From Naegleria gruberi (lineage: Eukaryota), in NCBI GenBank assembly GCA_000004985.1, contig GG738893.1: DNA of 64,000 nucleotides; one strand, 5' to 3'. How positions within the stretch are numbered: position 1 is the first letter of the stretch; every line of letters begins with the position of its first letter. The notes below the pieces were generated by a model. It saw only the letters and a list, made by a program, of their open reading frames with translations, was not told the DNA's origin and made no database searches. Shown here one piece after another: positions 36,296 to 45,828 of this stretch. A program made the translations under genes and the position numbers.

Positions 36296-36767
36296 ATGTC
36301 AAACGGAGACGATTCTAAGAGTATTTTTGTCGGAGCCAGTTTGCAAACAACAAACAATCAATTAGTAAAATGTAAGTCATCATGATAGCAAAATATTCAT
36401 CATCTCCGTCATCTGAAATAATATTTATTATCATTATTTAGGCATCGAGGAATTAAGATTGAGGAGAGATGAAGTTACCAGACAAATAATAAAGGAAGAG
36501 GAAGAGAAAAATAGGATACAAAACGAATTGAGAGTACTTTCGGAGAAGCTAAATCGCCTCAATGATGGTCTAAGTAGAAAGCTCCAAGCTAAGCAAGAAT
36601 ACGAACGAACATTACAAGAAACAGAAGCAGCATATAATAAGGTATGTTATTTTGTAAATTAATGATTTTAATTGTGATCATTAAAAAAGATTTTGGAAAG
36701 TTCTCAGACACTGCTTCATGTATTGAAAAGAGAAAGTGCAAGTCTTTCGAAGAAAGTTGGACAATAA
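36296..36767 (+). CDS. SSNA1: SSNA1/DIP13 (NA14) homolog, a 117-aa coiled-coil microtubule/basal-body protein. Three exons: 36296..36371, 36442..36641, 36690..36767.
   Basis: The spliced product is [117 protein letters not shown]. It aligns along its length with SSNA1/DIP13 ([11 protein letters not shown]...[21 protein letters not shown]). The introns are 70 nt (GTAAGT..TTTAG) and 48 nt (GTATGT..AAAAG). Confidence 0.75.
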
Positions 36768-36884
36768 TACCATTAAATACAATTGTAAATTATATAAAAT
36801 TTCATTATCCTAGTTATCTAATTTCTAGTAATCATAATAATTGATTTTGTAATTTCAATTAGTTGATTCATCTTTTGCTCTTAA

Positions 36885-39287
36885 ATGGGCTCAAGTTGTT
36901 TAGGGGAAATAAAAAAGGCGAAAAAAATGAACAAGTTTAACAAAAGGCTTGGCGGGCTCAAGAGTCTTTTGCACTTGTTGAACAACAAGAAATCTTCATC
37001 ATCATCACTTGCTCGCCTCTATAGTATTAGTTTTTCAATAGTAAAAGGATCTCCACTATCCGTATTCAATCAGGAAACTGGCTCTTACCAGGAGACCCCA
37101 ATTTTCTCTGTACAAAGAAATAATACAGCAAAGCCTACCGAAGTGGCAACTAAACAAACAATCAACTTGACAAAATATGGTTCACATCATGAACACAACA
37201 AAATTAAAGGAATTAAACCTATTCCTATACAAACAAGGAAGGAAAATATCGAGTCTTCGAATGCTTTTATTGCTTCTTCTGCAAGAATTTTGCTCAACAA
37301 TAGAAAGTTCGAGGATGTCATCAATTTAATCAAAAGTTCTTGTCCTAAAGATGAGAATGGTGATTTGGATATAAAAACAATAGCTTCACAGGAAGCTGGT
37401 ACCGAAGTATTATTAAAATTACATCAAGCGTATGCAGCAATGAAAAATTTGGAAGAAATGAAAAAAATTATACAACACATAACAAATCCTTTAATGTACA
37501 ACAAATTTCAAGGTGAAATTATCAAACATCATGCTGCAACTGATAATCATGTTGAGGCTTTAAAATTATTGGGGAATATGGCTTATATTCCTTATTGGAA
37601 TTTGATTTTCTTGGGCGTAACCAAATTGGTAGTTTACCGAATACCAGAGTCAACCCATGAAATTATTACTTTTTTAAATCAATACATCGAGAACCACAAA
37701 CATGAAATCAATAACACTATTTCAGAGCCCAGTCAACATTTAAAGGATTTACCAGCAAATTATTCTATCAAGGATGTAATTATTAGGATTAGAAAATTCT
37801 TTGACGGTACAGGTTATGAATTGGATAGAGTAAGATTTGCGCTAATGACAATAGAGGCATTGTCTTTATTGGAGGATTTTGGAACAATGGAAATTTTGTT
37901 TAATATATTAATTGATAAGAATGAAAATAATGCTGATGTGTTATCTAAACTTAAAGGAATAATGATGCACAGCCTTATTTCTCTGGGAAGATATGAGGAT
38001 GCTCTGTCTGTATTTTTTGATATCAAAACTCCTCCAAATATTAGAACCTATGAAAAGCTAATGCACGTATATATTGGCATTGGCCATTACGATTTTGCAA
38101 TCTACTTGTGTGAAACATATGTAAAAAATCCAACAACAGAAATTTATGTTTTATTGATCAAAGCTCATATTTTGAAAGGAAATATTGAAAAAGCAGAGTA
38201 TATTTTAAGAGATGTTATTGAAAATTCAAAACTTACTGATGATTCTCAGATAGTAATGAAAACTTTGCTCATGAGTGCCTATGCTGAGGCTGGTATGATT
38301 CAGCAAGTTCAAAAATTATTTGATTCAATTGAAAAACCGGATGCAAGATGTTATAACGAGTTGATGAAAGCTTATTGTCATATTGGTGACACTAAGAGAG
38401 TTAAAGAGATTTTCCAATCAGTTCCATCTAAAGATGCTGTCAGTTTCTTGTATTTATTAGATGGTTTAGCTATTGATGGAGATTCATCTACCGCTTTGAA
38501 ATTCTATAATTTAATACCAAATCCCAACCATATCCATGCAGATGCAGTGGTGAGAGCTTTACTGGCAGATACAAAGAGTGGATTAGATGGAGCTCTAAAT
38601 TTCTTTAACAAACTAAGAAATCCTTCAATATTGACTAGAAAGAGAATATTAGGAGCCATTTCTAAAGCAGGTGATTTGGAAAACGCTTTGAGTTTTTTCA
38701 AAACTATACCAAATCCTGATACAGAATGCTTTGGTCTATTGTTGAGAACATTTTTCTATACCCAAGAGCGTTATTTAAGCCGTGCTGAGGAATTTTTCAG
38801 TAGAATACCAAATCCAGATGCACAATGTTATGCCAGTATGATTAGTATTTATGGAAGATCTGGAAGATTAGATTTGGCTGAAAAAATGTTACATCAATAT
38901 CCATCTCCTTCAACACTTATTGCATTCTTTTATGCCTATTTTTCAAATAATCCAAAAGAGTCTTTCTGGGAAAAGTATGAAACACTTGAAAAACTTTATC
39001 CACGTTGTTTTGATAAGCCAGTTTATTTAGCATCTATTAAGGAAGCTGTTAAATATAAGAAAAAAAAACAAAGTATAGCTTTATTCAGAATTTATTTACA
39101 AAAAGTTCAAAACAAACAAACTAGGGATCTTTTAGGTTTGCTTTTGTTTATTGCAAAAGAAAGTTCATATCGGGAAAATGAGACTTTAACTAAAGAGATT
39201 ATTGATGCTGTTCCAAATTGCATTGCAACACCAAATACTTTGGGACAAATCAAGGAAATTGCTTTTGAAATTGAACAATTAATATAA
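36885..39287 (+). CDS. PPR-like (pentatricopeptide-type) helical repeat protein, 800 aa, probably organellar.
   Basis: Repeated units of about 35 aa with PPR-like signatures (ARCYNELMKAYCHIGD, IRTYEKLMHVYIGIGHYD, AQCYASMISIYGRSGRLD). The N-terminus is basic and hydroxylated. Confidence 0.55.
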   Translation: MGSSCLGEIKKAKKMNKFNKRLGGLKSLLHLLNNKKSSSSSLARLYSISFSIVKGSPLSVFNQETGSYQETPIFSVQRNNTAKPTEVATKQTINLTKYGSHHEHNKIKGIKPIPIQTRKENIESSNAFIASSARILLNNRKFEDVINLIKSSCPKDENGDLDIKTIASQEAGTEVLLKLHQAYAAMKNLEEMKKIIQHITNPLMYNKFQGEIIKHHAATDNHVEALKLLGNMAYIPYWNLIFLGVTKLVVYRIPESTHEIITFLNQYIENHKHEINNTISEPSQHLKDLPANYSIKDVIIRIRKFFDGTGYELDRVRFALMTIEALSLLEDFGTMEILFNILIDKNENNADVLSKLKGIMMHSLISLGRYEDALSVFFDIKTPPNIRTYEKLMHVYIGIGHYDFAIYLCETYVKNPTTEIYVLLIKAHILKGNIEKAEYILRDVIENSKLTDDSQIVMKTLLMSAYAEAGMIQQVQKLFDSIEKPDARCYNELMKAYCHIGDTKRVKEIFQSVPSKDAVSFLYLLDGLAIDGDSSTALKFYNLIPNPNHIHADAVVRALLADTKSGLDGALNFFNKLRNPSILTRKRILGAISKAGDLENALSFFKTIPNPDTECFGLLLRTFFYTQERYLSRAEEFFSRIPNPDAQCYASMISIYGRSGRLDLAEKMLHQYPSPSTLIAFFYAYFSNNPKESFWEKYETLEKLYPRCFDKPVYLASIKEAVKYKKKKQSIALFRIYLQKVQNKQTRDLLGLLLFIAKESSYRENETLTKEIIDAVPNCIATPNTLGQIKEIAFEIEQLI

Positions 39288-39288
39288 T

Positions 39289-39869
39289 TTATTGTTTAAA
39301 TGCTTCTGGATTCTTTTCCATTAAATCTTTCAAAAGTTGATTTTTGGCAGATTCTTCAGATGATGGCAATCCAAGTTGCTTTTGTCTTTGGTCAAACATC
39401 ATCTTTTCAACAGTTGATCTAGTTTCAGGATCTAAATCTGAGAGTTTAGATGTTTCTGGTTCAATTTTCTTTGTATCAATTTCTTGTTCACCTTCCAAAA
39501 TTTTGCTCCACCATTGCATTGTGTTGACCTTTTGTAAGGTAATAATAACTTCCTTCTTATCTTCAATTTGCCAGAAACAATCATCTGGTACAACTTTTTC
39601 AGCAAGTTTTCCCTATTGAACGATTATTGTTGTGATGATGAAATTAATTGATCAAATTTAATTCCGATAATCATCAAATTGCTACCACTTACATCCAAAA
39701 TAGGTTCAGCTCCCTTCAAACCAACTTTCAATTGATTAGCTTTAATATCAATATCCATTTGCTTTCCGATGGTTCCTTGTGGAACTGGGATGGTAATTGT
39801 TACTTCCGAAAGTGTTTGGATGAAAGAATACTTTTCGTAATTGCCTCCGTTTCCTCTGTTTGGGTTCAT
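39289..39869 (-). CDS. nudC: NudC-like CS-domain protein (nuclear distribution protein C family, short form). Two exons, 39869..39693 and 39612..39289, with an 80-nt intron.
   Basis: Exon 1 reads NYEKYSFIQTLSEVTITIPVP...LKVGLKGAEPILD. Exon 2 reads GKLAEKVVPDDCFWQIEDKKEVIITLQKVNTMQWWSKILEGEQEIDTKKIEPETSKLSDLDPETRSTVEKMMFDQRQKQLGLPSSEE. This is colinear with the NudC CS domain and C-terminal tail ([37 protein letters not shown]). Confidence 0.75.
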
Positions 39870-39974
39870 TTTTTTTATTAATATTTGTTTGACATTTTCC
39901 GTTTAGTTTTGATATTTACAATTTGTTTTTTATTACCTTTTGGTTTTTAATAAATAATATGAAATTAAGGTTCA

Positions 39975-40327
39975 TTATTCCTCAAATGGATCTGACTTGT
40001 TTGCAGTCTTTGCTTGGACAGCCATTTGTGCAGCTTCCTTTTCCATTTCTTCAATCTTTTGCAATGTTATCGATTTGAGTGGCATGATTTTAGGTTTACT
40101 CAATATCTCACTCAATGTACTCTTTTCCGAATAAACAAGACCAGCCTTTGCAATGACTTCCGTTATTCCGACAGTTTCTTGTTCCTATTTTATCAATCCA
40201 AACAATAATACATTGAAATCATCAATTATAATACAATCACAATGAATCCCGATGAATCATCACACAACAATAATAGTTCATACAACAACACTCAACCATC
40301 CAAATCACCTACCTTATTGTTCACCAT
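39975..40327 (-). CDS. Small hypothetical protein of 73 aa. Two exons, ATGGTGAACAATAAG|GTAGGT ... ATAG|GAACAAGAA....
   Basis: AAAAAAATGG start context. A 15-nt first exon is followed by an intron of about 120 nt. The second exon encodes EQETVGITEVIAKAGLVYSEKSTLSEILSKPKIMPLKSITLQKIEEMEKEAAQMAVQAKTANKSDPFEE and ends in TAA. Confidence 0.3.
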
Positions 40328-40462
40328 TTTTTTAAGGAGTTTTTGCGCCAACTGTAAAATTGTAAAAATATTTGGAGGTAAATTTTTTGATTCTTTTAAG
40401 ACTTATTTTCAATGGACATCAAAAGAAGAATCATGATTTACGAAAGTGAAATGTAATATTTG

Positions 40463-42161
40463 TTATTTACATAATCTAAATGAAATAATTTCCTCAATAA
40501 AACTCTGTTTGAAATTTGTGTTATCATCAGCAGATACATCAAGATCAATATCTTGATTAGTTTGTGGTTTAGTGTTCGAATAGTTGACTAGATATTCACA
40601 TCCTTTAAAATATTCATGTTCTAAAGCTTGTTGAGTTGTGATTCGAGTATCTGGATTCCAAGTTAACATTTTCCTCAATAGATCTGCCTCATCTGGTTTA
40701 AATTTCGAACACATTTCCTCAAGGAATGGCTTCTTTCCATCATAATCTTTGGAATCTATTTTTGAGTGAAAGTATTTTGTTGAATTTTCAGTTCCTTTCA
40801 CATCCTCATTATTTGGATATCCTAGAATTTCGCAAAACTTTTGTAAATGATTCAGAACTTATCATGTCAATCAATATATATTTGAAGAATTAATACATAC
40901 TACCATTCACTCTAAATAATTCCTTGTGCATGAAATATCCATGTTCCAAACATAACATTTCAAAGAATATACATCCAATGGAAAATACATCTATGGCTGT
41001 TGTCTGTTGATGATATTGTACTAGAATTACTTCAAATTATTATACTATTAGAATATCCAATAAATACTTACACACAACCTCAGGAGGTCTATAATATCTG
41101 AAACAAACATATGAACTTCCCTTTTCTGTTTGCTGTTTTTTAGAAAGTCCAAAGTCTGCCAATACTACTCGATCACCATCCACCAGTAAATTTTCTGGCT
41201 TTAAATCTCTAATATGAGTACAATAATAGTAAGACTGATTAGTGTTCATTAAAGCTTACCTATGAATAATTCCAAAATTATGCATATGATTCAATCCACA
41301 TAATATTTGACACATTATATTCCTACAAACATCAGATGAAATTTGTTCCTGAAGTATCCTAGTGGTTGACATGAAATTTGCCAAAGTTCCATCCTTCATA
41401 TATTCAATAACAATGTACAAATCCTCAGAATCATTTGAAAAATCCACAAATAATGAAGCAGATGGTGAATAAAATGATTCATCCTCCGTTGAGAAATTAC
41501 AAGGAGATGAATCAAACCTAACTTTTTCAATATTTGGACTTGATTGATTTCCTGTAATGTACATGTCAATTAATTTTACAACCTTTTAAAGCAATATAAA
41601 TTTAAATTCCAACTCACTCTAAATCACATACATTTGGATGACCATTCAATAGTTTCATAATTTTGACTTCCCTTAACAGATGTTTTCTGTGTCTCTCCGA
41701 AAATACATCAATAATCTTTTTAATAGCTACAGGACATTCCAATTCACTATCAAATGCTTTAAACTATCATTTCCGATACGTTATTTCCAATAATCATTCC
41801 AATAATGAATTTTTGAATAATATTAAAAACTCACAACAACTGAAAAACTTCCTAATCCTAAAGCTCGGACTAAATCTCCTTGAAATTCTGGTAAATATTT
41901 CTCTGGAAGATATAATGTAGATTCATAATTTCCCTTGTATTTAATAAATCTTGTAAGCCTTCCGCTATTAAATAAATTTTTCCTTTCCTCTGAATAATGA
42001 TCGGAATGTAATTTGGGTGAATCTATTTGTATTGTTAAAGATGATCGTTTTCTTTCCAAATTACTAGTCGTTGGACTTTTATTCAATATTGTTGTTGTAT
42101 CCTCATCATGATGATCGGTTTGTTGTTTGTTAGAGGTAACCTCATTTAGTACATTCGACAT
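40463..42161 (-). CDS. CMGC-group Ser/Thr protein kinase (CDK/MAPK-like), with at least 5 exons.
   Basis: Exon ORFs on the minus strand: 41823..42161 carries LGLGSFSVV, the glycine loop. 41256..41564 carries HxxGIIHR. 41040..41249 carries DLKPENLLV and ADFGLS, followed by YRPPEV. 40463..40801 carries ALEHEYFKG. Short AT-rich introns with GTAAGT-type donors lie between them. Confidence 0.7.
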
Positions 42162-42233
42162 TTTTTTTTAGAATTTAGAATGCCCGCCCAAGTCAACTAC
42201 AAAAAGATCAATTCAATTTAGTACAAGAACACT

Positions 42234-43655
42234 TTACATGTTTTCTCCTTCTTCTGCATCACTATTTGTTTCAATTTCAAGATGTGTTAATTGTTTCATT
42301 TGACTTAAATAATCAGCTCCCTCTGTACCAATATTATTGTAACTAATATCAAGATCTGTCAATTGTTTCAATTCACTAATATACTTTGCTCCCTCATTAC
42401 CAATATTATTGTATTGAATTTTAAGCATTGTCAATTCTTTCAAGTTACTAATATGTTTTGCTCCTTCAGCACCAATACCATTGTAACCAATTTGGAGAAT
42501 TGTTAACTTGTTCAATTCACTTAAATATTTTGCTCCTTCATCACCAATCTCAGTGTAGCTCACATAAATACTTGTTAGATTTTTCAATTCACTTAAATGT
42601 TTTGCACCTTCATTACCAATACGATTGTCACCAATAAAAAGAACTGTTAAATTTTTCAATTCACTTAAATATTTTGCTCCTTCATCACTAATTAATCTAT
42701 TCCCTTGCATATAAAGCTTTGTCAATTCTTTCATGGTACTGATATGTTTTGCTCCTTCATCATCAATATCATTGTTCTCAATAAAAAGATTTGTCAATTG
42801 CTTCATTTCACTTATATATTTTGCTCCTTCTGAACGAATCAAGCTATCACTAATGTAAAGATGTGTTAATTGTTTCATTTCACTGATATATTGAGCTCCT
42901 TTATCACCAAGGCTACTATAACTGATATTAAGAACTTGTAATTGATTCAATTCACTAATATATTTTGCTCCTTCTGTACCAATATTATTGGACTCAATAT
43001 CAAGAGTTGTCAATTGTTTCAAGTCACTTATGTATTTTGCTCCCTCTGTACCAATATTATTGTAACTAATATCAAGATCTGTCAATTGCTTCAATTCACT
43101 AATATACTTTGCTCCTTCTACACCAATATCATTTTCACTAATATTGAGATATGTCAAGTTTTTCAATTCTCTTAAAAATTTTGCTCCTTCTGTACCAATA
43201 TTATTGGCATTAACATAAAGATTAGTTAATTGTTTCATTTCACTAACATGTTTTGCTCCTTCTACACCAATACCATTTTCATTAGTAGTACCCTCAATAT
43301 TGTCATCAATTTCAAGACTTGTAACATGTTTCATCAATGCAAAAACTTTAAAATCAAACGCATCAGTCCTTCTCTCAAATTCAAGTGTTGAAATATTTGC
43401 TAAAAACTGTCCTTGTGGTGGTTTCATTGTATTTTCACATCTTAAAAAAACTTTTGACCTTTCGGATATGACAGCAAACCACTGTTTGGAAACAAGTGCA
43501 CAATTTACCATAAATTGAAAGTCAGAGTTGAAACTTAAAATTTCAAAGAGTACATCATCATAAAATAGGTTAGGCTTGTGTTTTGGTGATTTGTTGGTAT
43601 CAACCATGTGATGATTTTCACCAATCACTTCTTCAGGCATTTTTATTTCATCCAT
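42234..43655 (-). CDS. F-box / RNI-type leucine-rich-repeat protein (FBXL-like SCF substrate adaptor), 473 aa.
   Basis: The N-terminus DDVLFEILSFNSDFQFMVNCALVSKQWFAVIS matches the F-box consensus. About 14 highly regular 24-aa repeats N-N-I-G-x-E-G-A-K-Y-I-S-E-L-K-Q-L-T-x-L-x-I-S follow. Repeat DNA is similar enough to produce mirror ORFs on the opposite strand. Confidence 0.7.
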   Translation of the reverse strand: MDEIKMPEEVIGENHHMVDTNKSPKHKPNLFYDDVLFEILSFNSDFQFMVNCALVSKQWFAVISERSKVFLRCENTMKPPQGQFLANISTLEFERRTDAFDFKVFALMKHVTSLEIDDNIEGTTNENGIGVEGAKHVSEMKQLTNLYVNANNIGTEGAKFLRELKNLTYLNISENDIGVEGAKYISELKQLTDLDISYNNIGTEGAKYISDLKQLTTLDIESNNIGTEGAKYISELNQLQVLNISYSSLGDKGAQYISEMKQLTHLYISDSLIRSEGAKYISEMKQLTNLFIENNDIDDEGAKHISTMKELTKLYMQGNRLISDEGAKYLSELKNLTVLFIGDNRIGNEGAKHLSELKNLTSIYVSYTEIGDEGAKYLSELNKLTILQIGYNGIGAEGAKHISNLKELTMLKIQYNNIGNEGAKYISELKQLTDLDISYNNIGTEGADYLSQMKQLTHLEIETNSDAEEGENM

Positions 43656-43987
43656 TATTCACATGCTAAATATGAAACACTATTTATTTAAGATGTGAGA
43701 AGTGTTACTCTCCATCATTTTTGTAAAATATATTTGGACATGTTGAAAATATCAGGGTATTTGCATGACAATCATTGTAACACATGATGGATAAATTGTG
43801 TTTTGATTGTTACATTATTTGGAGGTTTAACATCTTGGAAAACCGTAGATGATAAGGAAGATCACTCACTTTCATTCAAATGGAGGTTGTGAATAAGATT
43901 GGACTGTATTTAATTAATAAAACTTGTAATTAATAAAGTAAATTGAACAAATAAAAGTGAAAGGTTAGTAAAAATTCAAAAGATGTT

Positions 43988-44860
43988 TTATTCTGCAATA
44001 TTCTTTTTCAACCAAGTAATAATATTTGTCAAGCAAGTATCCAAATTCATGGCAGAACTATCGTGTTCATCTTTGATAGTTTCGAACATTGTCTTTTCTT
44101 CAAGAGTTAAAGACATTTCTTCGAAACTCTTGTAAGAAAACTTTTGGATGTGTTTCTTATCTACTTTTGCTTCGAACAAATTTTGAATTGTATAGACCTT
44201 TGGAAGTGGGTCTAATTTTTCTTCATTTTCAATAATTACATTACAATCATAAAAGTGTCTGATATATCTGTCTAGAGGAATATCAGTAACTTTTCTTCGT
44301 TTGACAATTGCATCCATTTTCTCTAATAATGTTTCCAATGGATGAACACAATCAATTTCAATCTTTGGACACTTATTTAATTGGTGGATTACTGATCTGA
44401 CATCTCGTGTAACTACACAATTATGTTCATCTAAACCAATGTCAATATAAATCTCACCACCTTCCAAATTTCTAACTTGGGATTCAAATTTTACCAGAAA
44501 TACACAAGTTTCACATTCAGTGTCTAATTCGTTTTTAATTTTCTCAACGACAACAAAAGGAATTAGTCTCTTTGTGTGTTCAAACACGGCGGCAAAGTAC
44601 TTTTCTCTTTCTTTCTTGTTTTGTGGCATGTGATACTTTAACTCTAAATCCATGAAATTGTTCTTTTTTGGAATTAGTTTTAGATCCATATCCTTGGATT
44701 GTCTGTTGGATATGTGAAATACCTTAGAGAGAGTAGAGCCACCTTTGTAGATTACATCAAACTTTCGAGATAGCCAGTAGAGAATGTGGCTTCTCCAGTA
44801 ATCAAGTTCTAAATCATACAATTGTTTTGACATATCAACAAAATCACTACTTGCTGACAT
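43988..44860 (-). CDS. Nucleotidyltransferase of the AbiEii/AbiGii (DUF1814) toxin family, 290 aa, intronless.
   Basis: Pol-beta-type NTase signature VIYKGGSTLSKVFHISNRQSKDMDL, compared with the family consensus KGGTAL...R.SEDID. The size is typical of AbiEii. Codon usage and GC match the surrounding host genes. No cognate antitoxin-like ORF is adjacent. Confidence 0.5.
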   Translation of the reverse strand: MSASSDFVDMSKQLYDLELDYWRSHILYWLSRKFDVIYKGGSTLSKVFHISNRQSKDMDLKLIPKKNNFMDLELKYHMPQNKKEREKYFAAVFEHTKRLIPFVVVEKIKNELDTECETCVFLVKFESQVRNLEGGEIYIDIGLDEHNCVVTRDVRSVIHQLNKCPKIEIDCVHPLETLLEKMDAIVKRRKVTDIPLDRYIRHFYDCNVIIENEEKLDPLPKVYTIQNLFEAKVDKKHIQKFSYKSFEEMSLTLEEKTMFETIKDEHDSSAMNLDTCLTNIITWLKKNIAE

Positions 44861-45828
44861 TTTTTTTGTTGATGATTAGTTTTTATTCGAAATGACTTGG
44901 TGATGTGGACATTCTATGGGAAGAGACACAAATTACTGTTACAAGTGGGGAGGAGGGGTAAAAATCTTACTTTTAATTTAGGGGTGTTGGCTAGGAAATT
45001 ACGAAATAATTGGGGGGTAAAAACATTATTTATTTAATTATTTCTTAACTAATTCTTCAAATTGTGATTTCTTTGGTACTCCACGTTTCTAATTCTATAG
45101 TGGTTCTTCTTCTTGTTCCAATTCCTTCTCTTGTTAAACCTATGGAATTATAGTTGCTGGGAAAGTCTTCTTAACTTTTTCTTTGGTTATTTTTGTCCGT
45201 ATGTGGTGAAGTATAAACCATTGTATTGTGCTGGTTGTTGTTGATTAATCTTCCTTTCTATTTACAAAAGTGTCTTCTAAGGTAATGAATCATCAGTTTG
45301 TACCAATGGTTATCCTTAATTAATTTCTTGATGGTAATTGCTGTAGGAATTCATGAAGTGAAGGTAAGGCGTGTTATTGTTGTTGTGGAAACATTTGGAA
45401 GTGCGTGCTTTGTTTTGGTAGAGGGTTAGTTGTATTGAGGTTTTTTTAAAATATTTTTTTACTTTTATTAAGCTAGCTTTTACAATAAAGAAAAATCAAG
45501 CAAGCTGAAAGCGAAGCTTGGTTTTTCTTAAAATTTTAATAAAATTACATTACACACGAGTGGGGTGGAGAAAATATTATTTTACATACGAGTGGGGTCA
45601 AAACGAAGGACCGTAATTAATGTCTCTTCCCTATTGCATCAAACTGGCTTTTAGAACGTTAGTACTTTTCAATAGCTCAAACATTACAATAAATTGTTAA
45701 ATTTTACTATCCTTTCCTTTCTGGTATTATATATCGAAATTATGAGAACTGTGATCAATAACATAAATTAATAAATGAAGAGGAATTAACCGTTTGGCGC
45801 CTTTTTTAAAAATTCAAATTACGAAAAA

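Noticed and set aside
40000-40210. Possible N-terminal exon of the NudC gene upstream of 39869.
   Set aside because: The upstream coding segment ends with an in-frame TAA before the NudC ATG (AAAAAAATGAAC context) and has its own start through a separate small intron. It is treated as a distinct 73-aa gene of unknown function.
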